From contig JAVRCJ020000012.1 of assembly GCA_034530875.2 (NCBI GenBank), positions 32,001 to 96,000 of the forward strand: a DNA stretch of 64,000 bases. The letters run 5' to 3'. Below the pieces are notes generated by a model. That model was not told where the DNA came from. It was given only the letters and a program-made list of their open reading frames with translations, and searched no databases. This document shows positions 53,474 through 62,890 of this stretch, one piece after another. A program made the position numbers and the translations under genes. The stretch comes from Nostoc sp. DedSLP01 (GTDB lineage Bacteria > Cyanobacteriota > Cyanobacteriia > Cyanobacteriales > Nostocaceae). Numbering within the stretch: position 1 is the stretch's first letter; each line of letters starts with the position of its first letter.

Positions 53474-53587
53474 CAATACTTGTCGGTTAAGGGGAAAAGG
53501 GGGAAAGAAAAAACCTTTAACCTTTACCCTTTAACCTTTTCCCTAAACCCAATGCCGAGTTAAAAATGCAAAACCCGAGCAGTATTA
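53474..53587. mobile_element. 114-bp MITE with a perfect 10-bp target duplication
   Basis: CAATACTTGTCGGTT...AACCCGAGCAGTATTA flanked by AAAGGTTTCA at 53464-53473 and 53588-53597. Confidence 0.7.
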
Positions 53588-53705
53588 AAAGGTTTCAAGC
53601 TTTAGTGCGTAAGTTCTGTAAAGATTTGATGACTAAATAGCTAGAGACTATTGTGCTTGTAGAGGATAATCACAAAGATATGTTTGCGGCAAAAACAAAA
53701 ATTTT

Positions 53706-54149
53706 ATGAGTAAAGAGCAAGATACTATTTTGCTTGTAGAAGATAATCACAAAGATGTCCTTCTAATGCAACGAGCGCTGCGCAAGGCTAACATTTTAAA
53801 CCCACTTCAGGTTGTAAATGATGGCGATACTGCGGTGTTGTATCTGTCTGGAGAGGAACAATATAGCGATCGCACACGTTATCCTTTGCCTGTACTCATC
53901 CTACTAGATCTGAAACTACCCCGCAAATCTGGAATTGAGGTTTTGATGTGGTTACGCCAGCAACCAAAACTCAAGCGCTTACCAGTCGTAGTTCTTACCT
54001 CATCTAAGGAAGATACAGATATTAATGATGTCTACGACATAGGTGTAAACGCTTACATAGTTAAGCCAGTTATTTTTAACGATTTAGTAGAAATTGTTAT
54101 TACCCTGAATCTCCACTGGATTATTTTTAACGAAAAACCACAAATTTAA
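53706..54149 (+). CDS. Rcp1-type single-domain response regulator
   Basis: LLVED, LLDLKLPR, VVLTSS, GVNAYIVKP. Confidence 0.9.
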   Translation: MSKEQDTILLVEDNHKDVLLMQRALRKANILNPLQVVNDGDTAVLYLSGEEQYSDRTRYPLPVLILLDLKLPRKSGIEVLMWLRQQPKLKRLPVVVLTSSKEDTDINDVYDIGVNAYIVKPVIFNDLVEIVITLNLHWIIFNEKPQI

Positions 54150-54227
54150 ACTGTTTGAAGATTTTTGAGTTTGAGAATTTGAACTAAAGCATTGAAGAAG
54201 AATTCAGAATTCAGGAGTCAGGAGTCA

Positions 54228-54360
54228 TATCAAGTTCGCTTAATTACTTATAAATCCTGAAACACCCCACCCGCCTTACGGCACCCTGCCCTTAGCAAGG
54301 GGAGGGTTGGGGAGGGGTAACGCGAGGACTGCAATCATAACTAATCATCCGAACATGATA
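54228..54360. mobile_element. 133-bp MITE nested inside an STRR-ended dispersed repeat (about 54199-54503)
   Basis: TIRs TATCAAGTTCG / CGAACATGATA; TCA duplicated at 54225-54227 and 54361-54363. Confidence 0.65.
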
Positions 54361-54502
54361 TCAGAACAAGAAAGCCGGGGATTCAGACCTGCGACAGATT
54401 GTTTTGCACCAAATCTATAATTGGGTGGGGGTCTTAAACCCAGTTATTCAGACGCTTGCGGACTCCAATTCATACTGAATTCTGACAACTGACTCCTGAA
54501 TT

Positions 54503-55939
54503 CTATCTTGATGATTTTGTATGTTGTTGAAAATAAGCTTGATAGAGTTGGCAACGCGGTACAATACGTTCGCCTTCAAACTTAATCAGTCCTAAACTTT
54601 CAAGCTGAGATACTGCAACAGGATCTAAAACAATATTTTCCTTATTTATCGCAATATCAGCATAAGCCCTAGCTAAATTCGGTTTTTTTTGTAGTTTTAT
54701 CCAGTGCTTCCATAAATGATCGCGATAAATTCCACCATTAGCAATTGCTTCTTTTATCAAGTCTTGGAGATTGATGGTTTCGCAGCAAATATGATACAGC
54801 GCAATCCGAATTAAAGCTGGATGGCCTCCCACAAGCGACATCAACGCGGCAGATTCTTTACCAGTACTCCAGTCTAATCCATGCCGCCTAGCCAATTCTT
54901 CTACCTGTTCTTGGGTAAATTCTGGCAACCGAACGGGTAAACCAATATTAAAAGGCGAACGATTGATGTCGAATGTTATGTAATTTTCAGTTGAGTAAAC
55001 CATTACTAATCGCAGCTTTTGCCAATTTTGATTTTGTCGTGCTTCCTCACACCAAGAACGCAATAAACCTAAAAAATCCTCAGCAATGTCAGGATATTCA
55101 AAAAAGCGATCTACTTCATTCAACACAATCACCACTGGAGTTTGACTGTGTTTGAGCAGATACTTTTGAAAGTAAAAACTGCAATTCAACTTAGAATCTA
55201 TTTGTTTATCCCATTGTCGATTGAGATTGGGAGCAAGACCTAATTGAGTTGCTACTTGCCAACAGAGAAAATACAAAAGTTCGTTTAAGTTAGCCAGACA
55301 ATTTTGTTCTATTTGATAGCAATTAATAGTTACTGTTTGGTAATTTTGTTGCTGTGCATAGGCTAGCATTCTTAATACTAGAGAACTCTTACCCATCTGT
55401 CTGGGTGATTGAATCTGAATCGCGCAGCCATTTTGAGTTATTTCATGATAAACAACTTTTTCCAGAGGTGGACGTTCGATATAAAGAGGAGAACCCAAAC
55501 TCACAGGGCCGTCTGGATATGAATCACAACATTTAACCTTGCAGGGCTGTTTCTTTGCTACATAACTTTTGGCTATTGAAGATAACGGAGATTTAGATTT
55601 TTGCTTATCTTCTAAAGTTTGCAGCCAGTTTTCTCTAGTTCGATCTTCATTTACTTCACTAGCAATGGTGTAATCTCCTGTAGATAATTCCAAACCAAAA
55701 GTGTTAAAGCATAGTCTCAGCGTTCGTTGATCTACAGTTGCATTCAAAGACCATAACCTACTCAAGGTTTTCGCAGATATATCCATACGGCTGCTTAATT
55801 CTTCCAAGGTAAAACGATTACCGTTGTTTTGAGTTATCTCTAGTATTTGAATTGCAGACTTTAAGCGTATTAGTCCAGCAGAGGTCAATAAAACTCCTCG
55901 TTTGCGTCTGCTTCTAAACTGTTCCATTTCACTAACCAT
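54503..55939 (-). CDS. HTH plus AAA-like (AAA_35-type) P-loop protein, probable regulator
   Basis: RRKRGVLLT...TLEELSSRMDISAKTLSR; YIERPP, SPRQMGKSS, SPFNIG, GGHPAL. Confidence 0.8.
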   Translation of the reverse strand: MVSEMEQFRSRRKRGVLLTSAGLIRLKSAIQILEITQNNGNRFTLEELSSRMDISAKTLSRLWSLNATVDQRTLRLCFNTFGLELSTGDYTIASEVNEDRTRENWLQTLEDKQKSKSPLSSIAKSYVAKKQPCKVKCCDSYPDGPVSLGSPLYIERPPLEKVVYHEITQNGCAIQIQSPRQMGKSSLVLRMLAYAQQQNYQTVTINCYQIEQNCLANLNELLYFLCWQVATQLGLAPNLNRQWDKQIDSKLNCSFYFQKYLLKHSQTPVVIVLNEVDRFFEYPDIAEDFLGLLRSWCEEARQNQNWQKLRLVMVYSTENYITFDINRSPFNIGLPVRLPEFTQEQVEELARRHGLDWSTGKESAALMSLVGGHPALIRIALYHICCETINLQDLIKEAIANGGIYRDHLWKHWIKLQKKPNLARAYADIAINKENIVLDPVAVSQLESLGLIKFEGERIVPRCQLYQAYFQQHTKSSR

Positions 55940-56487
55940 AGAATTTGCCCCAAATACAATTCTGTCTTTTTATCTCTAGAGTTATCCGCAAGCAGCCAAT
56001 TTTGGATTTATCGCTTTATTTCTTACGTCTTTTCATCGCTATTAAAATTAATGATTATTAACTCTGAAAATTCGATTTGATAAAATTTAAATTGTCTCAA
56101 TTTAACTGAAGCAAAGTTATTCATAATATGAAATACAAAATCGATTTTTTATGAAAAAAATAAAAAAATAATCTTTCTCAATATATAAATATCTACGGAG
56201 AAATATCTTTGTTTGCGTTTGATAGCAATCAAAGTAAGTATATTAATGAAATTTTATTAAGAGAATTAGTAATACTAATTCTCTATCAAGCTAGGCACAG
56301 TGAAAAAATTCTCTTTCCCAGCTTGTGTAGTAAACATATCAAGGAAAAATAAGAAACTTATAGGGATGCCAAAATTTGTTTTCAATCGGCTCTTACTTAA
56401 TCGTATTCACAGTTAAACCATAGTTGAGGGCATCAACTCAGTGGAAAACACAAACAATAATAGGCTTTCAATAGTGCTGGCTATTGC

Positions 56488-56904
56488 CTATTGCCTGTTC
56501 GCTGTTATAAATTGCTCTTCAGTCGGCAAACTCCATCCAAGAATACAAGCGATCGCTGAATGCAAGGTCACTGGATTAAAAGGCTTGGCAATTGCTTTCA
56601 CCACCCCAAGCTGCTGAAGTTTTTGTGACGTAAACCAACTCGCTTTCACACTCAACAAGATGACTGGGATAGCTTTGGTTAAAGGATTTTCTTGCAATCT
56701 ATGCAGAAATGTGGTAGAGTCCATACCTGGCATTAAAACATCAAGCAAAATAGCATCAGGAGGTTCTATGGCTAGCTGTTTTAGTCCAGCTTGAGCCGAG
56801 GGAACCGCCACAACTCTCCATCCGGCTAAATCGCTTAAACACGCTTGCACAAGTTCTCGAATAGTCGGTTCGTCATCAATTAGCAATATTGTTTTGACTG
56901 TCAT
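56488..56904 (-). CDS. Single-domain response regulator
   Basis: LLIDDE, ILLDVLMPGMD, IAKPF. Confidence 0.9.
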   Translation of the reverse strand: MTVKTILLIDDEPTIRELVQACLSDLAGWRVVAVPSAQAGLKQLAIEPPDAILLDVLMPGMDSTTFLHRLQENPLTKAIPVILLSVKASWFTSQKLQQLGVVKAIAKPFNPVTLHSAIACILGWSLPTEEQFITANRQ

Positions 56905-57248
56905 AATTAAAACGAGTTTTCCAAAAGGGAACGGGGAACAGGGAACATTGGGAATACAACTTGATTCTCAAAAAAACTAGCGGTTTTACAAGAGAATTTC
57001 CACTTTGTTCTGTGCTGTAAATTCAGCTTAGATCGAGAAAATAAGAAACTTATAGGGTGTTTGAGAGGCTATTCTCAAGGCAAAACTTGCTACAGACCGT
57101 GCCAAACCTGGGTCGCAACAGCAAATGGTTAAGGCTACGATGTACACACAAGTCGAATTTCTCTTGAAAAAACTTGTGTGTATCCCGTAGCCCTGCCTAC
57201 ACAGCAATGGAATTATTAAGCCTATCAAGCGATCGCGAACTAAAAAAT

Positions 57249-58097
57249 CTAACCAAGGGTCATCAAAAATTTGCGGACAGATTGCTCAAACTCAGTAGGA
57301 GTTTCAAGGTGAGGAGAATGTCCTGCATTAAATGTTTCAACTTGAGCATTTGGAAATTTGTTAATTGCAGGTAAGCACCGCCGGAGTTGAACAAAGGGAT
57401 CGCGTAATGCCCAAGTAAAAAGTACGGGACACGAAATACTCGAAATCAGTTCTCTCAGGTCTGAGGTTGGTTCGGCAAAACTTTGCCATGCCTGAACTAA
57501 ATAAGGTGCCATTTCCCAAGAAGATGCTAATATTTTCTTTCTTTGACTGCGAGCAGCTTGCTTGGGAAGTATCACTCGATAAAAATCAGCAATAGCTTTA
57601 GGATACCACCAAGCTTTTGCCATTCCTCCTGAAAAAATTCGTACCATTAATTTGATAAATACTTGTGCCGAACTATCCATTGGATCGAGTCCACCAGGAT
57701 TTGCTAAAATTAGACCCAGCACGCGTTCCGGGTGGATATAAGCATATTTGATTGCCGTAGCTCCACCAATAGAATTTCCAATAATAACTACTTTATCTAA
57801 CCTCAATTTATCTAGGAATAGTGCCAGTAATTCAGAATATCTACTTGCACTAACAGGTTGCATATCATTGTCTGAATTCCCATGACCCGGAAAATCAATA
57901 GCAATAACTCGGTATTGGTTGCAAAGGTTTTCTCTTAAATACAAATAGTCACTTGCTCCATGTCCAATTGCATGAAGGCAAATGATAGGTAAGCCGATAC
58001 CATCATCATTATAAGCTAGATTTATTCCGTCTACTTCAAGCGTTTTCCACGGTTCAGTTGCCCCTAATGCTGCCCTTAGTCGAGTGTTATTTCCCAT
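57249..58097 (-). CDS. Alpha/beta hydrolase, last gene of the biosynthetic operon
   Basis: HAIGHG, DFPGHG, GNSIGG, GHSPHLE. Confidence 0.88.
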   Translation of the reverse strand: MGNNTRLRAALGATEPWKTLEVDGINLAYNDDGIGLPIICLHAIGHGASDYLYLRENLCNQYRVIAIDFPGHGNSDNDMQPVSASRYSELLALFLDKLRLDKVVIIGNSIGGATAIKYAYIHPERVLGLILANPGGLDPMDSSAQVFIKLMVRIFSGGMAKAWWYPKAIADFYRVILPKQAARSQRKKILASSWEMAPYLVQAWQSFAEPTSDLRELISSISCPVLFTWALRDPFVQLRRCLPAINKFPNAQVETFNAGHSPHLETPTEFEQSVRKFLMTLG

Positions 58098-58121
58098 TGG
58101 CTTATACAAATTATTTTAGTA

Positions 58122-59282
58122 CTAGAAAATATCAGCAGGATCGGCTTCTTGTAACTTTTGTACTGCGAAGGCTCCGGCGATAAAGCACATTAAAATTGTC
58201 AGACACAAGACGAATACAGCACGAACAAATTCCATTTCTGTTGGCAGCCGGACAATGCGAACAACTAAATCATACAATAATACAGAAAAAGCAAATCCTG
58301 GAATATAACCTAAAACTGATAAAAATAATGATTCTTGAAAAACTACTTTTAAAAGATATTTATGACTATAACCAATAGCTTTCAGAGTTGCATACTCAGC
58401 TAAATGGTCGGAGACTTCACTATAGAGAACTTGATAGACAATAACTGAACCCACAATGAATCCCATTACTGTCCCTATAGTGAATATAGAACCAATGGGT
58501 GAACCTTGTCGCCAGTAATCTTTTTCCCGAGTCATATAACTCTCAAGGGTGAGTATTTTTACACCATTGGGAAGCTTAGCTGTTAAATTTTTAAGTACTT
58601 TTTGAATATTAGCATTAGGCTTGAGTTTAACTAAACCTACGCTCACCTTTTCCAAGGGTCTTTGAAGTAAACGTGAAAAATTCAAATCGCTAGTTATTAA
58701 AATTCCATCAGCAGAAAAAATCGAACCTCCTAAGCTGAATAAACCGCCAATTTTGATTTTGCGATCGTTTACTTCAGTTGCGATATTTTTTCCTTGTTTA
58801 AATTCGGTAGCAATGGGGCCAAAAACAGGCTTAGATAATCGGTCAAAAAGAACTACATCATCATATTTAAGTTTATTTAGATTCTGATTAACTTCAGGCA
58901 AATTAAAACATGGTTTTTCCGGATTACAGCCAAAAATTAATATTTGACGATTGCGCGGCTCTACAGGATTTTTCCAGTGGCCAAAACCCACATATAGAGG
59001 ATATGCTGTTTCTATACCATCAACCTCTAAACTTTTAGTTAAGTAACGCTTGGTAAAAGTCCGATACAATCCTACATCATATAAATTTTCAGCTCTGGGG
59101 TCGATCAAAATCAAGTCTGCACGCATATTCTGGTGTATATCTACAGCAGTTTTATATAAAGCGCCTTGGAAACCTAATTGCATAAACATTAAAAGGGTAG
59201 CAAAAGCAATTCCAGCCAAAGCTACTATAAACCGAGCCTTATTATGCGTTAATTGTAACCAGGATACGGGTACTTTTTGCAT
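58122..59282 (-). CDS. DevC-type ABC exporter permease
   Basis: SWLQL...FMQLGF, YQVLYSEV...EYATLKAIGY, ADPADIF. Confidence 0.9.
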   Translation of the reverse strand: MQKVPVSWLQLTHNKARFIVALAGIAFATLLMFMQLGFQGALYKTAVDIHQNMRADLILIDPRAENLYDVGLYRTFTKRYLTKSLEVDGIETAYPLYVGFGHWKNPVEPRNRQILIFGCNPEKPCFNLPEVNQNLNKLKYDDVVLFDRLSKPVFGPIATEFKQGKNIATEVNDRKIKIGGLFSLGGSIFSADGILITSDLNFSRLLQRPLEKVSVGLVKLKPNANIQKVLKNLTAKLPNGVKILTLESYMTREKDYWRQGSPIGSIFTIGTVMGFIVGSVIVYQVLYSEVSDHLAEYATLKAIGYSHKYLLKVVFQESLFLSVLGYIPGFAFSVLLYDLVVRIVRLPTEMEFVRAVFVLCLTILMCFIAGAFAVQKLQEADPADIF

Positions 59283-59388
59283 AATGAATTTGTATTTACC
59301 CATGAGAGCCAAATTTCATGTATTAACGACTTTGACGCTTGAAAAATTTTGATTCTTCCAATTAAGCTAGAAGAAATTTACGAAGAAA

Positions 59389-60618
59389 TTAAATATGAAT
59401 TGCTACATTCACTTTCAAGTTGGTTAAGCTTCTTACTTGTTGGCTACTCGCGGAGTCCAGCCTGATTTTGACTTCTACTACTCTAGCGTCTACAGCCACC
59501 ACTGGATCGTCGTTCAAAACATCTTTTTTACCAATTTGCCAACCAATTTGGTCTACATGACCTTGTAGTTTGTTGGTAAAAGTTTCACTAGTAATTACAG
59601 CTTTTTGACCGTTATTTATCTTAGTAATATCACTTTCATAAACTTCTGCGACTACATACATCTGGTCTGTTTGACCGATATCGGCAATTCCTTGGGTATC
59701 AATATTTTCTCCAGCGTGAGTATAGATTTTTAAAATTCGCCCAGCTATTGGCGATCGCACATAAGCTAGCTTGAGGTCGGCTTGAGCTTGTTTTACAGAG
59801 GCGATCGCACTTTCTAAGTCTGCTTGAGCCTCGTTGATATTTACCGGACGAATTTCAGCAATACGATTTAAAGTTGCTCTTGCTTCATTAATCTGTTCTT
59901 GGAGAGTTTTGACAGTACCATTAAAAGTAGCTTGTGCCTCATTTATCTGCTCTTGAATAGTTTCCATTGTCAAACGTTTACTATCTAAAAGCGAAATGGC
60001 GATCGCACCATCTTTATAGAGCTTCTCATAACGCGAATACTCTATTTGAGCGTTACTTAATTGAGTTGAAAGTTTAGCAATATTTGCTTTTTGAGCAATG
60101 CTTTCCTCGCTTAACTGTGCCTTTAATCGAGCAATCACCGCTTGTTGAGCAGATATTTCTCCTACTTGAGCGCCAGCTTTAACTTTGTCAAGACGCGCTT
60201 GAGCAACTTTGACTTGTGTTTGAGCCTTTTCTAAAGCAGCTTGACGAGTATCAAGGATATCCAGAATTGCAACTACCTGTCCGGGCCGAACTTGCTCTCC
60301 TTCCTTAACAAGTAGCTTCGCAATTCGCTTTTGCGTCTCTAGCATGGTTGGTGAAGACAGCTTAATAACTTCTCCTAGCGGTTCTAAGCGTCCATCCGCA
60401 GCAACAATATTGTCAGTAGAATTACCTCCTGGAGTGGCGGCGATGTCTGCATTATTCTGCTGAATAGCATGAGAACGAAAATACACAATAGCGTACACAG
60501 AAGCTCCACCAAAAGCTAAAGCTGTCACAATTGCCAAAATAATGACTCTCCAACTTTGGAGACCTGCATTCTTTAAAAACTGCTGATTGGTATTAGACGC
60601 TGGATAATCTTCTTGCAT
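59389..60618 (-). CDS. DevB-type membrane fusion protein (HlyD family)
   Basis: N-terminal TM, GRLEPLGEV, coiled coils, VVAEVYESDI, DARVVEVKI. Confidence 0.9.
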   Translation of the reverse strand: MQEDYPASNTNQQFLKNAGLQSWRVIILAIVTALAFGGASVYAIVYFRSHAIQQNNADIAATPGGNSTDNIVAADGRLEPLGEVIKLSSPTMLETQKRIAKLLVKEGEQVRPGQVVAILDILDTRQAALEKAQTQVKVAQARLDKVKAGAQVGEISAQQAVIARLKAQLSEESIAQKANIAKLSTQLSNAQIEYSRYEKLYKDGAIAISLLDSKRLTMETIQEQINEAQATFNGTVKTLQEQINEARATLNRIAEIRPVNINEAQADLESAIASVKQAQADLKLAYVRSPIAGRILKIYTHAGENIDTQGIADIGQTDQMYVVAEVYESDITKINNGQKAVITSETFTNKLQGHVDQIGWQIGKKDVLNDDPVVAVDARVVEVKIRLDSASSQQVRSLTNLKVNVAIHI

Positions 60619-60625
60619 AAAAAGT

Positions 60626-60859
60626 TTAATTTTTAACGCGATTTACAAATAACTGAGTCAAGTCTCCTACAGTTTTAATATCTTGCAAATCTTCTTGTAA
60701 AAAACATACACGATACTCTTCTTGCAGTTCAATAATCATTTCAATTAAAACGAAAGATTCAGCAATAACATCGGTTAGTAAAGCTTCATCTTGCAGTTTA
60801 GAAATGGGTATTTTAGTAAAATCGGATATTTTTTCTTTTACAGTACTTTGAACTAACAT
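60626..60859 (-). CDS. Acyl/peptidyl carrier protein 2
   Basis: 77 aa, acidic, AESFVLIEMIIELQEE (candidate Ppant Ser), IKTVGDL; GAAGGAG RBS. Confidence 0.8.
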   Translation of the reverse strand: MLVQSTVKEKISDFTKIPISKLQDEALLTDVIAESFVLIEMIIELQEEYRVCFLQEDLQDIKTVGDLTQLFVNRVKN

Positions 60860-61012
60860 AGTATTTTCTCCTTCGTCATTTTTTGTTACTGTACTTCTAC
60901 ACCAAAAACAAGCAAATATTTTTAATAAAGCATAGAATTAATGGTTCCTTTGAATCCCCCACTAATTAATTCTGACTTCTGAATTCTGAATTCTGAGTTC
61001 TTCTTCAATGAT

Positions 61013-61573
61013 TTATCTTTTGATTAGATATTTGACTCTTTCCTCATGTTCGTTCATAGTTTGACGATAAACTTCTCGATCCGACTCTCCAAAACGTTTG
61101 AGAGTTGCTTGAATGTAATCTCTACCATAATCAGATTCCATATCCTTAAGAGCTTTTCCAACCCAAGTAGTATGCCACTTTTCATCTTTCATGATTTTCT
61201 CAAGAGTCTCTTTCACTTCTGGCTGAAGATTGAGAATCTGACTGTGAAGAGCATATTGCGTAATAACCCGTTTTTCAAAGACTTGAGTGATTGCTAGAAC
61301 CTCCATCAAATTCACAGGCATACCAGCTGCTGCTATATATTGATCTTGATAAGCATCAGTAAGTTTGAGCGCTTGAGCACCTAATTTTTCAATACATGCT
61401 GTCCAGTACCAAGCATGAAGACTTTCATCAGAAAAATGATTAGTCATATCACGCTGGATAGGGCCTGGTTTCATTGATTTGGCCAATCTGCCGAAAAAAA
61501 GTGCCCCACTGATTTCAGAAGTACGATAAAAGCTTAGAAGCCACAATTCATTTTCACTAAGTTTCTCAGACAT
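61013..61573 (-). CDS. Ferritin-like diiron protein
   Basis: E(ISG)...DESLH...E(KRV)...DEKWH carboxylate/His pattern; AGGAG RBS. Confidence 0.8.
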   Translation of the reverse strand: MSEKLSENELWLLSFYRTSEISGALFFGRLAKSMKPGPIQRDMTNHFSDESLHAWYWTACIEKLGAQALKLTDAYQDQYIAAAGMPVNLMEVLAITQVFEKRVITQYALHSQILNLQPEVKETLEKIMKDEKWHTTWVGKALKDMESDYGRDYIQATLKRFGESDREVYRQTMNEHEERVKYLIKR

Positions 61574-61615
61574 GAGAATACTCCTAACTTTTGGGTTAAT
61601 TCAATTTATCAAGAT

Positions 61616-61776
61616 AGAATTCAGGAGTCAGGAGTCAGAATTCAGTATGAATTAGAGTCCGACTGGCGTCTGAATAATTGGGTTTAAGACCCAACAAAAT
61701 CGTAGATTTGGTAGTCTTGAATTAGTCGCGGTTCAGAATCACTAACTGATTGATTCTGACTCCTGAATTCTGAATT
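61616..61776. repeat. STRR-ended dispersed repeat, an inverted homologue of about 54361-54503
   Basis: Shared CAGAATTCAGTATGAATT.GAGTCCG...GCGTCTGAATAA.TGGGTTTAAGACCC...TAGATTTGGT. Confidence 0.75.
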
Positions 61777-61795
61777 ATTTTTCAATAAAAACACT

Positions 61796-62890
61796 TTATA
61801 CTTGTTTAGCCCATTTTTGTTTCAAAAGGTATTGGCAAGTATTTTCAATTAAAGTTTGGGGATTTTCAGCTTGATAGTTATCAAAAGCTGAAACTAGTTT
61901 TTGATTATTGATTTCTTTGTCAATGAACAGTTGCTTAGAAAAAGGAGATACACTAGAAACTGCTTCATTAACAATATTTCCGCCAAAGCCTTTTACAGCA
62001 TCTACAAGAAAATTAAAAGATTCTGGATCGGCATAAAGTGGCTTCAGAACTCGCCGCACTTTAAATTCTGGCGTTTGAGTAAAAGTTGTAAATGCAATAT
62101 CTATGATATCGCCCAAGCATGGTGATTCTGCTTTTGTATGGGCAATATGATAAATTTCTTGATTGCAAGAGCGACTCATCAACTTGAAAATTGCATCAGT
62201 GACAAAATCTCCTGTGACGAAATATAGTGGCGTTTCTGGTTTACCTGGAATTAAAGAAAGCAGACCATAATAAAGTAGCTTTAATGTATTATGGAAAGCA
62301 TTTTGTTGAGTCACATATCCTTGTATGTTATCCGCAATGACTGTTGCTACTCGAAATATGCTCCAAGGAAGATGAGAAAATTGGTTAATTAGTAAATTTT
62401 CAGATTCCCATTTTGACCACTCATAATAATTGGCAAAGCCATCTCGGTCGTCTAATGCAATTTCTGCAATTAAACCTGATTTTATCCCAGATGCATAAAC
62501 CGTACTTAATAAGCCAAATCCTTCTAAAGAGTGGCAGGTATTAGCAAAATTGAGCAGCTTTTCTGTTCCCTCAATATTAACTTGCCGAGCAGTTTCTCGG
62601 TCGACATTAAAGCGAGTTACTGAGGCAGAATGAACGATTAGTTTAATTTCTCCTGGGTCAATTAAATTAAATGGTTGTGCTTGTCTTAAATCACCCCAGG
62701 AATAGCTAACGCGTTCAGAGTAATTGTCTAGATAAAGATTGAGTTTTTCTACCTTGTTTTGAAACTCATGTTCGTCATTTGCCCTTACCCAAAGTAGTAT
62801 AGGTTCCTGTGTTACTTGCAAATATTTTCTGGCTATGCGAGAACCAATATAGCCATCGCCACCTGTAATTAAAATTTGTTTTTTAGACAT
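61796..62890 (-). CDS. Extended SDR of the thioester reductase / fatty acyl reductase (NAD_binding_4) type
   Basis: TGGDGYIG, HSAS, NIEGT, STVY, YEWSKWESE. Confidence 0.85.
   Translation of the reverse strand: MSKKQILITGGDGYIGSRIARKYLQVTQEPILLWVRANDEHEFQNKVEKLNLYLDNYSERVSYSWGDLRQAQPFNLIDPGEIKLIVHSASVTRFNVDRETARQVNIEGTEKLLNFANTCHSLEGFGLLSTVYASGIKSGLIAEIALDDRDGFANYYEWSKWESENLLINQFSHLPWSIFRVATVIADNIQGYVTQQNAFHNTLKLLYYGLLSLIPGKPETPLYFVTGDFVTDAIFKLMSRSCNQEIYHIAHTKAESPCLGDIIDIAFTTFTQTPEFKVRRVLKPLYADPESFNFLVDAVKGFGGNIVNEAVSSVSPFSKQLFIDKEINNQKLVSAFDNYQAENPQTLIENTCQYLLKQKWAKQV

Noticed and set aside
1223..62125. Many short antisense or overlapping ORFs in the six-frame track
   Set aside because: They are shadows of well-supported genes and have no independent motifs
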